Under the pieces are notes generated by a model. The model worked only from the letters and a program-made list of their open reading frames with translations, made no database searches and was not told the DNA's origin. Both the position numbers and the translations under genes were made by a program. Shown here in pieces: positions 40,193 to 50,318 of a DNA stretch of 64,000 nt. The DNA lies in assembly GCA_050253075.1 (NCBI GenBank), contig JBFWJS010000005.1, forward strand, positions 19,137 to 83,136. The letters run 5' to 3'. Source of the DNA: Deferribacterales bacterium. Its GTDB lineage: Bacteria > Chrysiogenota > Deferribacteres > Deferribacterales > Geovibrionaceae. The stretch's first letter is position 1, and each line of letters starts with the position of its first letter.

Positions 40193-41683
40193 ATGGATGT
40201 ATTTTTTACATTTCTCATAGAACCGCTTACAAAGATGTATTTCCTGAAGGCGCTGATAGGCGGCAGTATAGTAGCCGTGGTCTGCGCCGTTGCCGGATGC
40301 CTTGTGATACTTCAGCGGATGGCATTCCTCGGCGACGCCCTATCCCATGCTATGATAGCGGGTGTCGGTGCGGGCTACCTGTTTATGAAAGTTTTCTTCG
40401 GCATCGAAGCAGCAGCGGGAGCCATGCTCATAGGCTCGCTGATAGCCGCTATGATGACAGTCTTCATGATAGGCTTCGTGGCGAAGGTCAGCCGTATAAA
40501 GGAAGACACCAGCATAGGCATAATGTATACGGGTGTGTTTGCTGCGGGGGTCGTCCTCGTCTCTGTTTTCAGCAAATACATACACATAGACCTGCTCCAT
40601 TTCATAATGGGCGACATACTCGGCATATCCGACACAGACATGATAGTATCGTCAATAGTCTCCGCCGTGGTGCTCTCTATCATCATACTATTTTTCAGAT
40701 ATTTTAAGTTAACCAGCTTTGACCCTGTCATGGCTGCTTCCATAGGCATCCCCGTTCTGTTTTTCAAATATCTATTTACGGGCTGTGTGTCGCTGATAGT
40801 GGTTTCCGCCGTCAGCATGGTGGGCGTGATACTCGTCGTGGGGCTTTTGATAACCCCCGCCGCCACTGCGTATCTGCTTACAGACAGGCTGGAAAAGATG
40901 ATGGTGCTCGCCGCCGTTTTCGGCTTTACCAGCATACTCGGCGGGCTGTACCTCTCTCTATGGCTGAACTCTTCCGGTGGCGGGGCTATCATGCTCTTCT
41001 CCACTGCACAGTTCCTCGCAGTGCTGATATTCGCTCCGAAATACGGCATGCTCGCAGACTATATGCGTGACAGAAAGGCAGTCCCTCAGCAGCTAACAGA
41101 GGACATCATCGCCAGTATATTCAAATCCGAAGGAGTGATATCCTTCACTGAGCTGACGAAGTATGTACAGGCTCCGAAAAAGCAGTTTGCAAACGCTATC
41201 TCCAGACTGTCTGATGAAGGACTTATAACCATCTCGCCTGATAAAGCATCCCTCACAGAAAGGGGAAAATCCGAAGCTCTCAGGCTGAAAAAAGCTCACA
41301 GGGTATGGGAAACATACCTGCACCACATGGGCGTACCCGAAAATGAGCTGCACGCACAGGCACACGTACTCGAACATTATAACGATGCAGAAGCCATACA
41401 ATATATTTATGAAAAGATGGGCTCGCCGTCCACAGACCCTCACGGGGCAGTCATACCGGACTTCTACGCAGACGGTTCTTTCTGTCTGACGGATATGTTC
41501 GGCTTTTCAGGGAGCGAATTTGAGGTCGTAACCATCAGGTCCGACAAGGATATAAAAACAGGCGATATCGTCAGGATATCACAGACGGACGAAGGGTTTA
41601 CCATAGTCAAAGACGGTCAGGAGATAGAACTGAACGAAAGAGAGGCCGCCAGCCTCACTGTTAAAGTTCCCGATAGTCTTTGA
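40193..41683 (+). CDS. Metal ABC permease fused to a DtxR/MntR-like repressor domain
   Basis: ABC-3 permease (GDALSH, MGDILG, SFDP, ITPAA) followed by an HTH, HRVWETYL, AHVLEH, DPHGAVIP and a short SH3/FeoA-like tail. Confidence 0.88.
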   Translation: MDVFFTFLIEPLTKMYFLKALIGGSIVAVVCAVAGCLVILQRMAFLGDALSHAMIAGVGAGYLFMKVFFGIEAAAGAMLIGSLIAAMMTVFMIGFVAKVSRIKEDTSIGIMYTGVFAAGVVLVSVFSKYIHIDLLHFIMGDILGISDTDMIVSSIVSAVVLSIIILFFRYFKLTSFDPVMAASIGIPVLFFKYLFTGCVSLIVVSAVSMVGVILVVGLLITPAATAYLLTDRLEKMMVLAAVFGFTSILGGLYLSLWLNSSGGGAIMLFSTAQFLAVLIFAPKYGMLADYMRDRKAVPQQLTEDIIASIFKSEGVISFTELTKYVQAPKKQFANAISRLSDEGLITISPDKASLTERGKSEALRLKKAHRVWETYLHHMGVPENELHAQAHVLEHYNDAEAIQYIYEKMGSPSTDPHGAVIPDFYADGSFCLTDMFGFSGSEFEVVTIRSDKDIKTGDIVRISQTDEGFTIVKDGQEIELNEREAASLTVKVPDSL

Positions 41684-41729
41684 TTTTGTATAATTTTTCT
41701 GCTAATTAATACCCTTGCTCGGAGGAAAG

Positions 41730-42239
41730 ATGAAATATCTCATAGTATTATTAGCCTCGTTCATGCTCTTTGCATGCGGTACGAATTTTTACCTGAACAA
41801 GCCTACGGTGCACCAGTTCGTCACATTTACCCAGGGCGATAAAAGTCTGAGCCTAGAGGGCGACTCACTCATCGAAGACGACATCATAAGGATGCAGCTT
41901 GCCGTCGATTTCCACAAAGGAAATGCACAGGTAATCTACGAAAACGGCGTATATGATATGAGATCCTCAAACCTGCCTATCAATGAAAAACAGAAAGAAT
42001 ATCTCAAACAAGACCTCTATGCCGCTTTTTATGCGGGCGACTACCCTTTCCGCTCCGATCATAAAATGTTCGGCAAAACAGAAATGAAGATGGGCACAAA
42101 GTCTGTATTCGCCGAAGACGGCTACGAGCTTTACCGTGTGCTCTATAACGGTAAAGAGATCGTAATACATAATCTGGTGCGGGATTACCGCATATCTATC
42201 TTTTCCGATAAACCTATACAGAATATGAAAAAGGACTAA
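41730..42239 (+). CDS. Hypothetical lipoprotein
   Basis: MKYLIVLLASFMLFAC lipobox, with a GGAGG Shine-Dalgarno. Confidence 0.75.
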   Translation: MKYLIVLLASFMLFACGTNFYLNKPTVHQFVTFTQGDKSLSLEGDSLIEDDIIRMQLAVDFHKGNAQVIYENGVYDMRSSNLPINEKQKEYLKQDLYAAFYAGDYPFRSDHKMFGKTEMKMGTKSVFAEDGYELYRVLYNGKEIVIHNLVRDYRISIFSDKPIQNMKKD

Positions 42240-42258
42240 AAGTTTAGTTAAAATAAAA

Positions 42259-42288
42259 TTGACAATTTATGCACGGGTATTTCATAAT
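42259..42288 (+). promoter_or_regulatory. Sigma70-type promoter of the nucleoside ABC operon
   Basis: TTGACA-18 nt-CATAAT. Confidence 0.55.
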
Positions 42289-42350
42289 ATATCTTTGGCT
42301 TTAATGTAAAAGTCTTTAGAGACTTTAATCAACCACAGAGGAATAAAAAA

Positions 42351-43466
42351 ATGAAGAAACTGTTACTTTTTGCCGTTATTTCGGCACTTCTCGTTTTCGC
42401 AGGCTGCTCAAACCAGCCTAAAGAAGAAGCTGCTGCAGACCAATCAGCTGCAAAAGCCGAAACAGGCAAAGACATCAAAGCAGCTTTCGTATACGTAGGA
42501 CCTGTCGGTGACGGCGGATGGACATTCTCACACGACCTCGGACGTAAAGAAATGGTTAAGCTCCCTTATGTTACAGAGACTAACTATATCGAATCCGTAC
42601 CAGAAGGTGCTGAATCTGTTCGTATCATCACAAGCCTCGCACAGAAAGGCTACAACCTCATCTTTACAACCAGCTTCGGTTATATGGACCCTACACTTGA
42701 GGTTGCTGCAAAGTACCCTGACATCACATTTATGCATTGCTCAGGCTACAAGTCTTCCGAAAACATGGGCACATACTTCGGACGTATGTATCAGCCGAGA
42801 TACCTCGCAGGTATCGTAGCAGGTAAAATGACAAAGTCTAACGTAATAGGCTATGTGGGCGCTTTCCCTATCCCTGAGGTTATCAGAGGTATAAATGCTT
42901 TCACACTCGGCGTTAAAAGCGTAAACCCTGAGGCTGTTGTTAAAGTTGTATGGACACAGACATGGTTCGACCCTGCTAAAGAGCGTGACGCTGCAGAGAC
43001 ACTCCTTGACGTGGACGCAGACGTTATCACAATGCACCAGGACACACCTGCACCTCTTCAGGCTGCAGAGAAACGCGGCGCATTCGCTATCGGCTACAAC
43101 TCTGTTATGCAGGAGCAGGTTCCTAATGCATGGCTCACAGCACCTGTATGGAACTGGGCTGCAGTTTACAACAAAGTCGCAGAGGAAGTTCACAACGGTA
43201 CATGGAAATCAGAGCAGCTCTGGGGTGGCCTGACAGAGGGATACGTTGACCTCGCACCTATGTCTGATAAAGTTCCTGCGGATGTACAGGCTTATGTAAA
43301 CGATGTTAAAGCTAAGATCGTTGCAGGCGAGCTTCACATCTTCTCAGGCGAGATAAAAGACAACAAAGGCAATGTTGCAGTACCTGCGGGCACTACAATG
43401 TCTGACGGTGATATGCTCGGCATGAACTTCTTCGTTGAAGGCGTTCAGGGCAACATCCCGGGTTAA
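42351..43466 (+). CDS. BMP family ABC substrate-binding lipoprotein (purine or nucleoside)
   Basis: Lipobox FAGC, YVGPVGDGGW, TSFGY, PIPEV, WFDP. Confidence 0.92.
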   Translation: MKKLLLFAVISALLVFAGCSNQPKEEAAADQSAAKAETGKDIKAAFVYVGPVGDGGWTFSHDLGRKEMVKLPYVTETNYIESVPEGAESVRIITSLAQKGYNLIFTTSFGYMDPTLEVAAKYPDITFMHCSGYKSSENMGTYFGRMYQPRYLAGIVAGKMTKSNVIGYVGAFPIPEVIRGINAFTLGVKSVNPEAVVKVVWTQTWFDPAKERDAAETLLDVDADVITMHQDTPAPLQAAEKRGAFAIGYNSVMQEQVPNAWLTAPVWNWAAVYNKVAEEVHNGTWKSEQLWGGLTEGYVDLAPMSDKVPADVQAYVNDVKAKIVAGELHIFSGEIKDNKGNVAVPAGTTMSDGDMLGMNFFVEGVQGNIPG

Positions 43467-43492
43467 TAAAAGTATTAAAGATAAGTAACATA

Positions 43493-43529
43493 GCCCCCCG
43501 TCGTAACAAAGCGGGGGGCATCTTTTTTT
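43493..43529 (+). terminator. Stem-loop or partial terminator after the BMP gene
   Basis: GCCCCCCG/CGGGGGGC stem plus T7. Confidence 0.75.
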
Positions 43530-43542
43530 ATAAGGCTTAGCA

Positions 43543-45051
43543 TTGAAACCAGTATTAGAGATCAAAGACATCGTAAAGACCTTCCCGGGTGTTAAAGCTC
43601 TGGACGGCGTATCCCTCGGCATATACGAGGGGGAGATACACACACTCCTCGGCGAAAACGGCGCAGGGAAGAGTACGCTGATGAATGTCCTGAACGGACT
43701 TTATAAACCCGACACGGGGAAGATCATCATCGACGGCAAACAGACTGTCTTCACATCACCGAAAGACTCCATTAAGGCGGGCATAGGCATGGTGCACCAG
43801 CACTTTATGCTTGTCAGGAACCACAGCGTGCTTGAAAACATTCTGCTTTCTGTTGAGGGTCTCAAATCCATATTCAATAAGAAAGCCATAGTGAAGCAGG
43901 TGGAGGATATCCTAGACAGGTTCGACATGGACATAGACCTGAACGAACCTATATGGAAGCTGTCCATCGGCGCACAGCAGTGGGTGGAGCTGATAAAACT
44001 GCTCATCCGTGACTGCCGTATACTCATCCTCGACGAGCCCACAGCCGTGCTCACCCCGCAGGAAGCGGACAAGCTGTTCACATTTCTGGATAAGCTCCGC
44101 TCCGAAGGAAAGTCTATCATATTCATCTCTCACAAGATGCGTGAGGTAATGGCTCTCTCAGACAGAGTGACAATACTGAAAAAAGGCACAACGGTGAAGG
44201 AGCTGACAAAAGGCTCATTCGACGAAAACACCCTGGCCTCTCTTATGATAGGCAACGACGAAGTGCCCGTATGGGAGCGCAAAGAGCGTGAGATAGGCAA
44301 AGAGATACTCAACATCAAAGGGCTCTCCGTAGATAACGACAAAGGTCTCAGTGACCTTGAAAACTTTTCCATCGCCCTCCACAAAGGCGAGATACTCGGC
44401 ATCGCAGGCATAGCGGGGAACGGTCAGAAAGCTCTGGCAGAGGTTCTCACAGGGCTGAAAGAGCCGAAAGCAGGACGCATCTTCCTCGAAGACGAAGACA
44501 TCACGAAGGGGAACAGCCGAAAGAAGCACATCGCAGGCATTGCACACGTCCCCGAAGACAGAAAGAGCATGGGCATCGCTCCTGAAATGCCCGTTTCAGA
44601 AAACCTCATATTAAAAAGCTATAAAGAAAAACAGTTCCGCAAGGCATTCCTTCAGGATAAGAAGGCTATCAAAGCCAATGCGGAGAAACTCATAAAGGAA
44701 TTCTCCATTAAATCCGGCCCTATGGGCACACCCGTACGGCTACTTTCCGGCGGAAACATTCAGAAGGTTATCATAGCCCGTGAGCTGTCGCTTAATCCTT
44801 CCGTGCTGGTAGCACTCTATCCCACGAGAGGTCTGGACATAGGCTCCGCCGAATACGTGCATAAGGTGATAGTGGAATCCATGGAGAACAACATGAGCAC
44901 CATACTGATATCCGAAGACCTCGACGAACTGCTGAAGCTGTCCGACAGGATAGCCGTTATGTTCCGAGGAACAGTGACAGGATTCGTAGACCCGAAAAAC
45001 ACTACGAGGGAAGAGATAGGGCTCCTTATGAGCGGGGAGAAGGCGCAGTGA
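43543..45051 (+). CDS. Nucleoside/sugar ABC ATP-binding protein (two ABC domains)
   Basis: GENGAGKST, MVHQHF, ILDEPT, LSGGNIQK; TTG start. Confidence 0.93.
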   Translation: MKPVLEIKDIVKTFPGVKALDGVSLGIYEGEIHTLLGENGAGKSTLMNVLNGLYKPDTGKIIIDGKQTVFTSPKDSIKAGIGMVHQHFMLVRNHSVLENILLSVEGLKSIFNKKAIVKQVEDILDRFDMDIDLNEPIWKLSIGAQQWVELIKLLIRDCRILILDEPTAVLTPQEADKLFTFLDKLRSEGKSIIFISHKMREVMALSDRVTILKKGTTVKELTKGSFDENTLASLMIGNDEVPVWERKEREIGKEILNIKGLSVDNDKGLSDLENFSIALHKGEILGIAGIAGNGQKALAEVLTGLKEPKAGRIFLEDEDITKGNSRKKHIAGIAHVPEDRKSMGIAPEMPVSENLILKSYKEKQFRKAFLQDKKAIKANAEKLIKEFSIKSGPMGTPVRLLSGGNIQKVIIARELSLNPSVLVALYPTRGLDIGSAEYVHKVIVESMENNMSTILISEDLDELLKLSDRIAVMFRGTVTGFVDPKNTTREEIGLLMSGEKAQ

Positions 45052-46106
45052 TAAAATTTGTCAAACGCACGGACAGCTCAAGGATATTCAACTTCACAGC
45101 CCCGTTCCTCTCGGTACTGCTGGCGCTGACCACGGCGGGCATAATAATGCTCATCGCAGGGGTCAACCCCTTCGCCGCCTATGCAGGTATGCTGCAGGAG
45201 TCTGTCGGCTCATTCTACGGCATCAGTGAAACATTAGTAAAAGCAACTCCGCTCATCGTGACAGGGCTTGCCGTGTCGATTGCATTCCGTATGCAGATAT
45301 GGAACATCGGTGCCGAAGGCCAGCTGCTTATGGGTGCGGTGGGTGCCGCATGGGTAGCTCTCTACTCAGGCATACAGGGATACATCATACTGCCCGTGAT
45401 GTTTGTCGTCGCCGGTCTCTTCGGAGGCTTATGGGCTGGATTCGCAGGTGTTTTAAAAGCAAAACTCAGGGTGAACGAGATCATAGTTACCCTGCTTATG
45501 AATTATATAGCCATATCCATCGTTTCATACCTTGTATATGGTCCGTGGAAAGACCCTAAGGGGTTCAACTTCCCTCTTTCGCCTAAGTTCCCCGAGTTTG
45601 CACAGCTCGGCTCGCTCTTCGACACAAGGCTGCACTACGGCTTTATACTCGCTCTGGTGCTTGTGGCCGTCATGTATGTCGTGATGGAAAAGACCATATG
45701 GGGATACGAGATAAGAGTGATAGGCAACAACCCGAACGCAGCGAAATATGCAGGGATAAAAACCGAGAAGAACATCATACTCGTGCTTTTCCTCAGCGGT
45801 GCGCTGGCGGGCGTGGCGGGCTTTTCCGAGGTGGCGGGCATACAGTTCCGCATGCAGGAGGGGCTTTCGGCGGGATACGGATACACAGCCATCATCGTGG
45901 CATGGCTGGCGGGGAGAAGCGCAATAGGCGTTCTCATAGTGTCTGTGATAATGAGCGTTATACTGGTCGGCGGGGACAGCCTGCAGATACTCATGGGGCT
46001 TCCCGTGGCATTTGTAAACCTCTTTCAGGGGCTGATACTCTTTTTCATCCTCGCATCCGATTTCTTCATAAATAACAAAATAGTTTTCGACAGGAGGGGC
46101 GAATGA
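45048..46106 (+). CDS. Nucleoside ABC permease
   Basis: WNIGAEGQ, NEIIVTLLMNY, GYGYTAI. Confidence 0.92.
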   Translation: MIKFVKRTDSSRIFNFTAPFLSVLLALTTAGIIMLIAGVNPFAAYAGMLQESVGSFYGISETLVKATPLIVTGLAVSIAFRMQIWNIGAEGQLLMGAVGAAWVALYSGIQGYIILPVMFVVAGLFGGLWAGFAGVLKAKLRVNEIIVTLLMNYIAISIVSYLVYGPWKDPKGFNFPLSPKFPEFAQLGSLFDTRLHYGFILALVLVAVMYVVMEKTIWGYEIRVIGNNPNAAKYAGIKTEKNIILVLFLSGALAGVAGFSEVAGIQFRMQEGLSAGYGYTAIIVAWLAGRSAIGVLIVSVIMSVILVGGDSLQILMGLPVAFVNLFQGLILFFILASDFFINNKIVFDRRGE

Positions 46107-47023
46107 TAGAAGTTCTCCTCTTTGCAACCATAAAGGCGGGTACACCCCTGCTTTATGCTACACTCGGCGCAATAATCATGGAGCGTTCGGGCATTATCAA
46201 CCTCGGCATAGAGGGGCTGATGCTCATCGGTGCGCTGTCGGGATTCGCCACTACCCTATACACGGGGAGCTACTTCCTCGGCGTTCTCGCATCCTTCGGT
46301 GCGGGTATGCTGGCGGGCTCTATACACGGCATAGTGACAGTTTATCTCCGTGGAAACCAGATCGTCAGCGGACTTTCCCTCACCATGTTCGGCGTGGGTA
46401 TCACCGCCCTCTTCGGACGCTCACTTGTTGGGCGTGCCCTCGAAGGCTTCTCCCGTCTGGACATTCCCGTGCTGTCGAAGATACCCGTCATCGGACCGGG
46501 GATATTCAACCACGACATACTCGTCTATTTCTGCATTTTCCTTGTGATATGCATCAGACTTTTCTTTTATAAAACAAAGTGGGGGCTATACCTCCGCTCC
46601 GTGGGTGAAAACCCTTCGGCTGCCGATACATCGGGCATCAGCGTCACGAAATACCGCATGTGGGCAGTGCTCATAGGCTCAGGACTTGCGGGGCTCGGAG
46701 GCGGATACCTCTCACTCGCCTATACACCTTTCTGGGCGGAGAATATGTCTGCAGGGCGTGGCTGGATAGCCGTTGCCCTCGTTATATTTGCCCAGTGGAA
46801 CAGCACAAGGGCACTCGCAGGCGCATACCTCTTCGGCGGGATAAACGCAATACAGCTTCGCATGCAGGCGATGGGCACGACAATGTCTGCTCACCTGCTC
46901 GCTATGCTTCCGTATATATTTACTATAGTGGTTCTTATTATCGCTACAATGAGGCTTGAGAAAGGCTCATCTCCACAGCCTGAGAGTCTCGGACTTCCAT
47001 ACGACAGAGAGGACAGAAAATGA
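46103..47023 (+). CDS. Nucleoside ABC permease
   Basis: ERSGIINLGIEG, VGENP, GRGWIAVA, MLPY. Confidence 0.92.
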   Translation: MIEVLLFATIKAGTPLLYATLGAIIMERSGIINLGIEGLMLIGALSGFATTLYTGSYFLGVLASFGAGMLAGSIHGIVTVYLRGNQIVSGLSLTMFGVGITALFGRSLVGRALEGFSRLDIPVLSKIPVIGPGIFNHDILVYFCIFLVICIRLFFYKTKWGLYLRSVGENPSAADTSGISVTKYRMWAVLIGSGLAGLGGGYLSLAYTPFWAENMSAGRGWIAVALVIFAQWNSTRALAGAYLFGGINAIQLRMQAMGTTMSAHLLAMLPYIFTIVVLIIATMRLEKGSSPQPESLGLPYDREDRK

Positions 47024-47559
47024 GAAAGGCACAGTTTACCCTCGTAGAGCTGATCAAAAAATTCGGCGAAGTGAACGGAGAGATTGTTAAGGTGGACAGA
47101 CTCCTTAACCATATGGTGGACATAGACCTTATCAAAGAAATAGGCGAAGACATCGCAGACAAATTCGCAGGAGTGGAAGTGGACAAGATACTCACCGTCG
47201 AGGCGAGCGGTATCCCCGCTGCACAGGCGGCTGCCTTTTCCATGCACAGGGACTACATCTTCGCTAAAAAGAAAAACCCTATAACCATGAAGGGATTCTT
47301 CTCTGCCGAGAGTTTCTCTTTTACAAAGAACGAAACGACAACCCTTTACGTGTCGAAAGAGGTTCTGAAAAAAGGCGATAAGATACTCTTCGTAGACGAC
47401 TTCTACGCCAAAGGGAATACACTCCGTGCTATCAGAAATATCATCGAACAGGCAGGCGCAGAGCTTGTGGGCGTTGCCGTTATAATAGACAAGATGGACA
47501 ACCCCGACGTTCACAGCATACTGACACTGAACGAACTGAAAGCAGCACTGGGGCAGTAA
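47020..47559 (+). CDS. xpt: Xanthine phosphoribosyltransferase
   Basis: KVDRLLNH, LTVEASGI, FAKK, SFTK and PRPP motif LFVDDF. Confidence 0.8.
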   Translation: MRKAQFTLVELIKKFGEVNGEIVKVDRLLNHMVDIDLIKEIGEDIADKFAGVEVDKILTVEASGIPAAQAAAFSMHRDYIFAKKKNPITMKGFFSAESFSFTKNETTTLYVSKEVLKKGDKILFVDDFYAKGNTLRAIRNIIEQAGAELVGVAVIIDKMDNPDVHSILTLNELKAALGQ

Positions 47560-47562
47560 TAC

Positions 47563-47835
47563 ATGCTGAAACTTGTGATAGCCCTCGTAGCGGGGGTTGC
47601 TGCGGGATTTTTCCTCCCCGGCGGCTTTATGTCCAAACCAAAATCATACATCTTCACAACGGCTCTCCTCGGGCTCCTGTTCTTCATGGGGGTTAATCTG
47701 GGGCGAGACCCTGAGCTTCTCTCAAAACTCTCTTCATTCGGCTTTATATCCATTTTCATGAGCATTGCCGTGATTGTGTTCAGCCTTCTGGCTGTTATGC
47801 TGCTGATGAAGATCTTCGGAGGGAAGGAGCAATGA
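47563..47835 (+). CDS. Small LysO/DUF340-family membrane protein
   Basis: Three TM helices, LLFFMGVNLG; translationally coupled to a LysO-like gene. Confidence 0.7.
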   Translation: MLKLVIALVAGVAAGFFLPGGFMSKPKSYIFTTALLGLLFFMGVNLGRDPELLSKLSSFGFISIFMSIAVIVFSLLAVMLLMKIFGGKEQ

Positions 47836-48425
47836 TGATATTCTCCATGCTGGCTGCGGTTTTCCTCGGCACGGCACTTTCATATACACATATCCTCAGC
47901 GAAACACTTATAAACGGATGCCTCGGCATCACAGAGGTTTCACTGCTTATACTCCTTTTCCTCATCGGATTCGACATCGGAAACAACAGGGAATCCCTGC
48001 GCACGCTGATAAAGGCGGACAGGTATGCACTCATCATCCCAATAGGCACGGTGCTCGGCACTTTGGCGGGCGGATTCTTCGTAGCTCTGTTTACAAGGCT
48101 GTCGGTGAATGAGGGGATGGCTATATCTGCGGGATTCGGCTGGCACTCACTGTCTGCCGTTATGCTGGCAGAGATGAAAGGGAGCGACATAGGCGCTATC
48201 GCATTTCTATCAAATGTTTTCCGTGAGAGCATCACACTGCTCACTATCCCTGTCATGGCAAAGTATCTGGGCAATTATGTACCTATCGCAGCGGGTGGAG
48301 CGACCACAATGGATGTGACACTCCCTATCATAGAAAAATACTGCGGAAAGCGTGCGGCTATTGTCGGCTTCATAAACGGAGTGATACTGTCTACGCTCGT
48401 ACCGATAATACTGCCGTTATTTTAG
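47832..48425 (+). CDS. Lysine exporter LysO family protein
   Basis: GFGWHSLS, FLSNVFRE, GGATTMDVTLP. Confidence 0.88.
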   Translation: MMIFSMLAAVFLGTALSYTHILSETLINGCLGITEVSLLILLFLIGFDIGNNRESLRTLIKADRYALIIPIGTVLGTLAGGFFVALFTRLSVNEGMAISAGFGWHSLSAVMLAEMKGSDIGAIAFLSNVFRESITLLTIPVMAKYLGNYVPIAAGGATTMDVTLPIIEKYCGKRAAIVGFINGVILSTLVPIILPLF

Positions 48426-48462
48426 TGGGCAGCCCCACGGGCATATCATGAGCAAACCGAGA

Positions 48463-48620
48463 CTAAGATTGCTTCGTCACAAAGTTCCTCGCAATGACGA
48501 AAATAATGGTTATCAATTTTTAGAAACGAGTAGTTAAAGGCGGCTTTCTATTTGACGAGCAAAAGCGTACTCAAATGTACGTGTTGCGAACAAATGGAAA
48601 ACAACGATTAAATACGAAGT
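48463..48620. repeat. REP-like repeat plus a nested-hairpin element between convergent genes
   Basis: CTAAGATTGCTTCG...CTCGCAATGAC (48463-48498), then TTTCTATTTG...CGTAC-tcaaat-GTACG...CAAATGGAAA (48545-48600). Confidence 0.65.
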
Positions 48621-49346
48621 TTATAAAATTTGAGAGAGGAAGAGCTTGAGGCGGTCACTCTGAGGATTATTATATATCTCCTCAGGAGTATTCTCCTCAA
48701 CCTTCATACCTTCATCCATAAAGATAATCCTGTCTGCCACTTCTCTTGCGAATCCCATCTCGTGAGTCACCACGACCATTGTCATGCCTTCTCTTGCGAG
48801 GGTTTTCATAACATCGAGAACCTCTCCGATCATCTCGGGGTCGAGGGCTGATGTGGGTTCGTCAAAGAGCATTACCTTCGGCTTCATAGCAAGGGCACGG
48901 GCGATGGCTACACGCTGCTGCTGACCGCCGGAGAGCTGTCCGGGGTATACGTCGCGCTTTTCGGAGAGACCGACCTTTTTCAGCAGGTCTTCTGCAACTT
49001 TGATAGCTTCTGCCTTTTTCATCCCTTTCACATGTATGGGAGCCATTGTGATGTTCTGCAGTACAGTCTTATGCGGAAAGAGGTTGAACGACTGAAAAAC
49101 CATTCCGACCTCTTCTCTGATCTTGTTAATATTAGATTTTTTTGAAGTGAGCGATTTACCCTCGACAAGTATCTCACCGCCCTGAATCTCTTCAAGGAGG
49201 TTGAGCGAGCGGAGTATCGTCGATTTACCCGAACCTGAAGGTCCGATGACAACGAGCACTTCCTGCTTTGCCACTTCGAGGGAAACCCCTTTCAGTGCCT
49301 TTACGCCGTTAGGATATATCTTTACTACGTCTGTTGCTTTTATCAT
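48621..49346 (-). CDS. Polar amino acid ABC transporter ATP-binding protein (GlnQ-like)
   Basis: [37 protein letters not shown]. Start placed at MIKA. Confidence 0.95.
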   Translation of the reverse strand: MIKATDVVKIYPNGVKALKGVSLEVAKQEVLVVIGPSGSGKSTILRSLNLLEEIQGGEILVEGKSLTSKKSNINKIREEVGMVFQSFNLFPHKTVLQNITMAPIHVKGMKKAEAIKVAEDLLKKVGLSEKRDVYPGQLSGGQQQRVAIARALAMKPKVMLFDEPTSALDPEMIGEVLDVMKTLAREGMTMVVVTHEMGFAREVADRIIFMDEGMKVEENTPEEIYNNPQSDRLKLFLSQIL

Positions 49347-49356
49347 GTCTTCCCCC

Positions 49357-50301
49357 TTAGTCCTGTGACGCCATACGTTTTTCCAGCAGCTGTACCAGAT
49401 ATGAAAGTGCCGATGTGAGCACAAGGTAAAGCGCAGCTACCGTAAACCAAACCTCAAACGGGCTGAATGTAGAGGCGACAACCTCACGTCCTGCCTTTGT
49501 AAGGTCTGTGATGGAGATAACGGAAACCAGTGAGGAGTCCTTGATAAGAGAGATGAACTGACCTGCCATCGGCGGAAGAGTCCTGCGGAAGGCCTGTGGG
49601 AGAACCACAAGAACCATAGCCTTAGGATAGCTCATGCCGAGGCTTCGAGCGGCTTCCATCTGCCCTTTGTGTATGGACTGTATACCCGCACGCACTATCT
49701 CGGCGATGTATGCACCGGTAAATACAGAAAGAGCCATGACACCCGCTGTCATCCTTTCAAGGTCGAAAACTGTTCCGATGAAAAAGTAAAAGATGAATAT
49801 CTGAACAAGCAGAGGGGTACCCCTGATTATCTCGATATAAAATACTGAGAGCTTTTTCAGGAAAGGGTTCTTTGATATCCTCGCGAGACCTGTCATGACA
49901 CCGATGATGATAGCAAAGAATATGGAATATACTGATATCTCGAGAGTAACAAGAAGGCCCGACAGGAGCGGGCCTATCTTTGTATATTTATTTTTGGCTA
50001 AGACATCGCCTTCGAAAACTGTATCTCCGTCGGAAATAACAAGGCCTTTCTTAATTTCTATCTCGACAGGTGTGGCTCTCCTGCCCGGCGGTGTGATCTT
50101 TACGATGTTTCCATCTATGCTGACTGTTCCGTCGGACGGGGCTCTGACCTCTTCGAAATCAGAATAGACTATATACTGGGGGAGTCTTTCCCAACGCCAG
50201 ATATAGTCGACCTTTTTACTGGATGCGTATATCCCCATTGCAATAGAAACAAGGAATGCTACCAGTGCTATGTTCCATAGAAGATTGTGTTTTTTACTCA
50301 A
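49357..50301 (-). CDS. Polar amino acid ABC permease
   Basis: [34 protein letters not shown]. Confidence 0.95.
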   Translation of the reverse strand: MSKKHNLLWNIALVAFLVSIAMGIYASSKKVDYIWRWERLPQYIVYSDFEEVRAPSDGTVSIDGNIVKITPPGRRATPVEIEIKKGLVISDGDTVFEGDVLAKNKYTKIGPLLSGLLVTLEISVYSIFFAIIIGVMTGLARISKNPFLKKLSVFYIEIIRGTPLLVQIFIFYFFIGTVFDLERMTAGVMALSVFTGAYIAEIVRAGIQSIHKGQMEAARSLGMSYPKAMVLVVLPQAFRRTLPPMAGQFISLIKDSSLVSVISITDLTKAGREVVASTFSPFEVWFTVAALYLVLTSALSYLVQLLEKRMASQD

Positions 50302-50318
50302 CGTCTCAGACCCCGTTA

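Noticed and set aside
42289..42350. Purine riboswitch before the BMP-xpt operon
   Set aside because: The leader is short and has only one small hairpin (AAAGTCT/AGACTTT), with no purine aptamer core.
47563..48425. Frameshifted lysO pseudogene
   Set aside because: The ORFs overlap by ATGA and the second has its own AAGGAG Shine-Dalgarno. Two-gene LysO/DUF340 arrangements are common.
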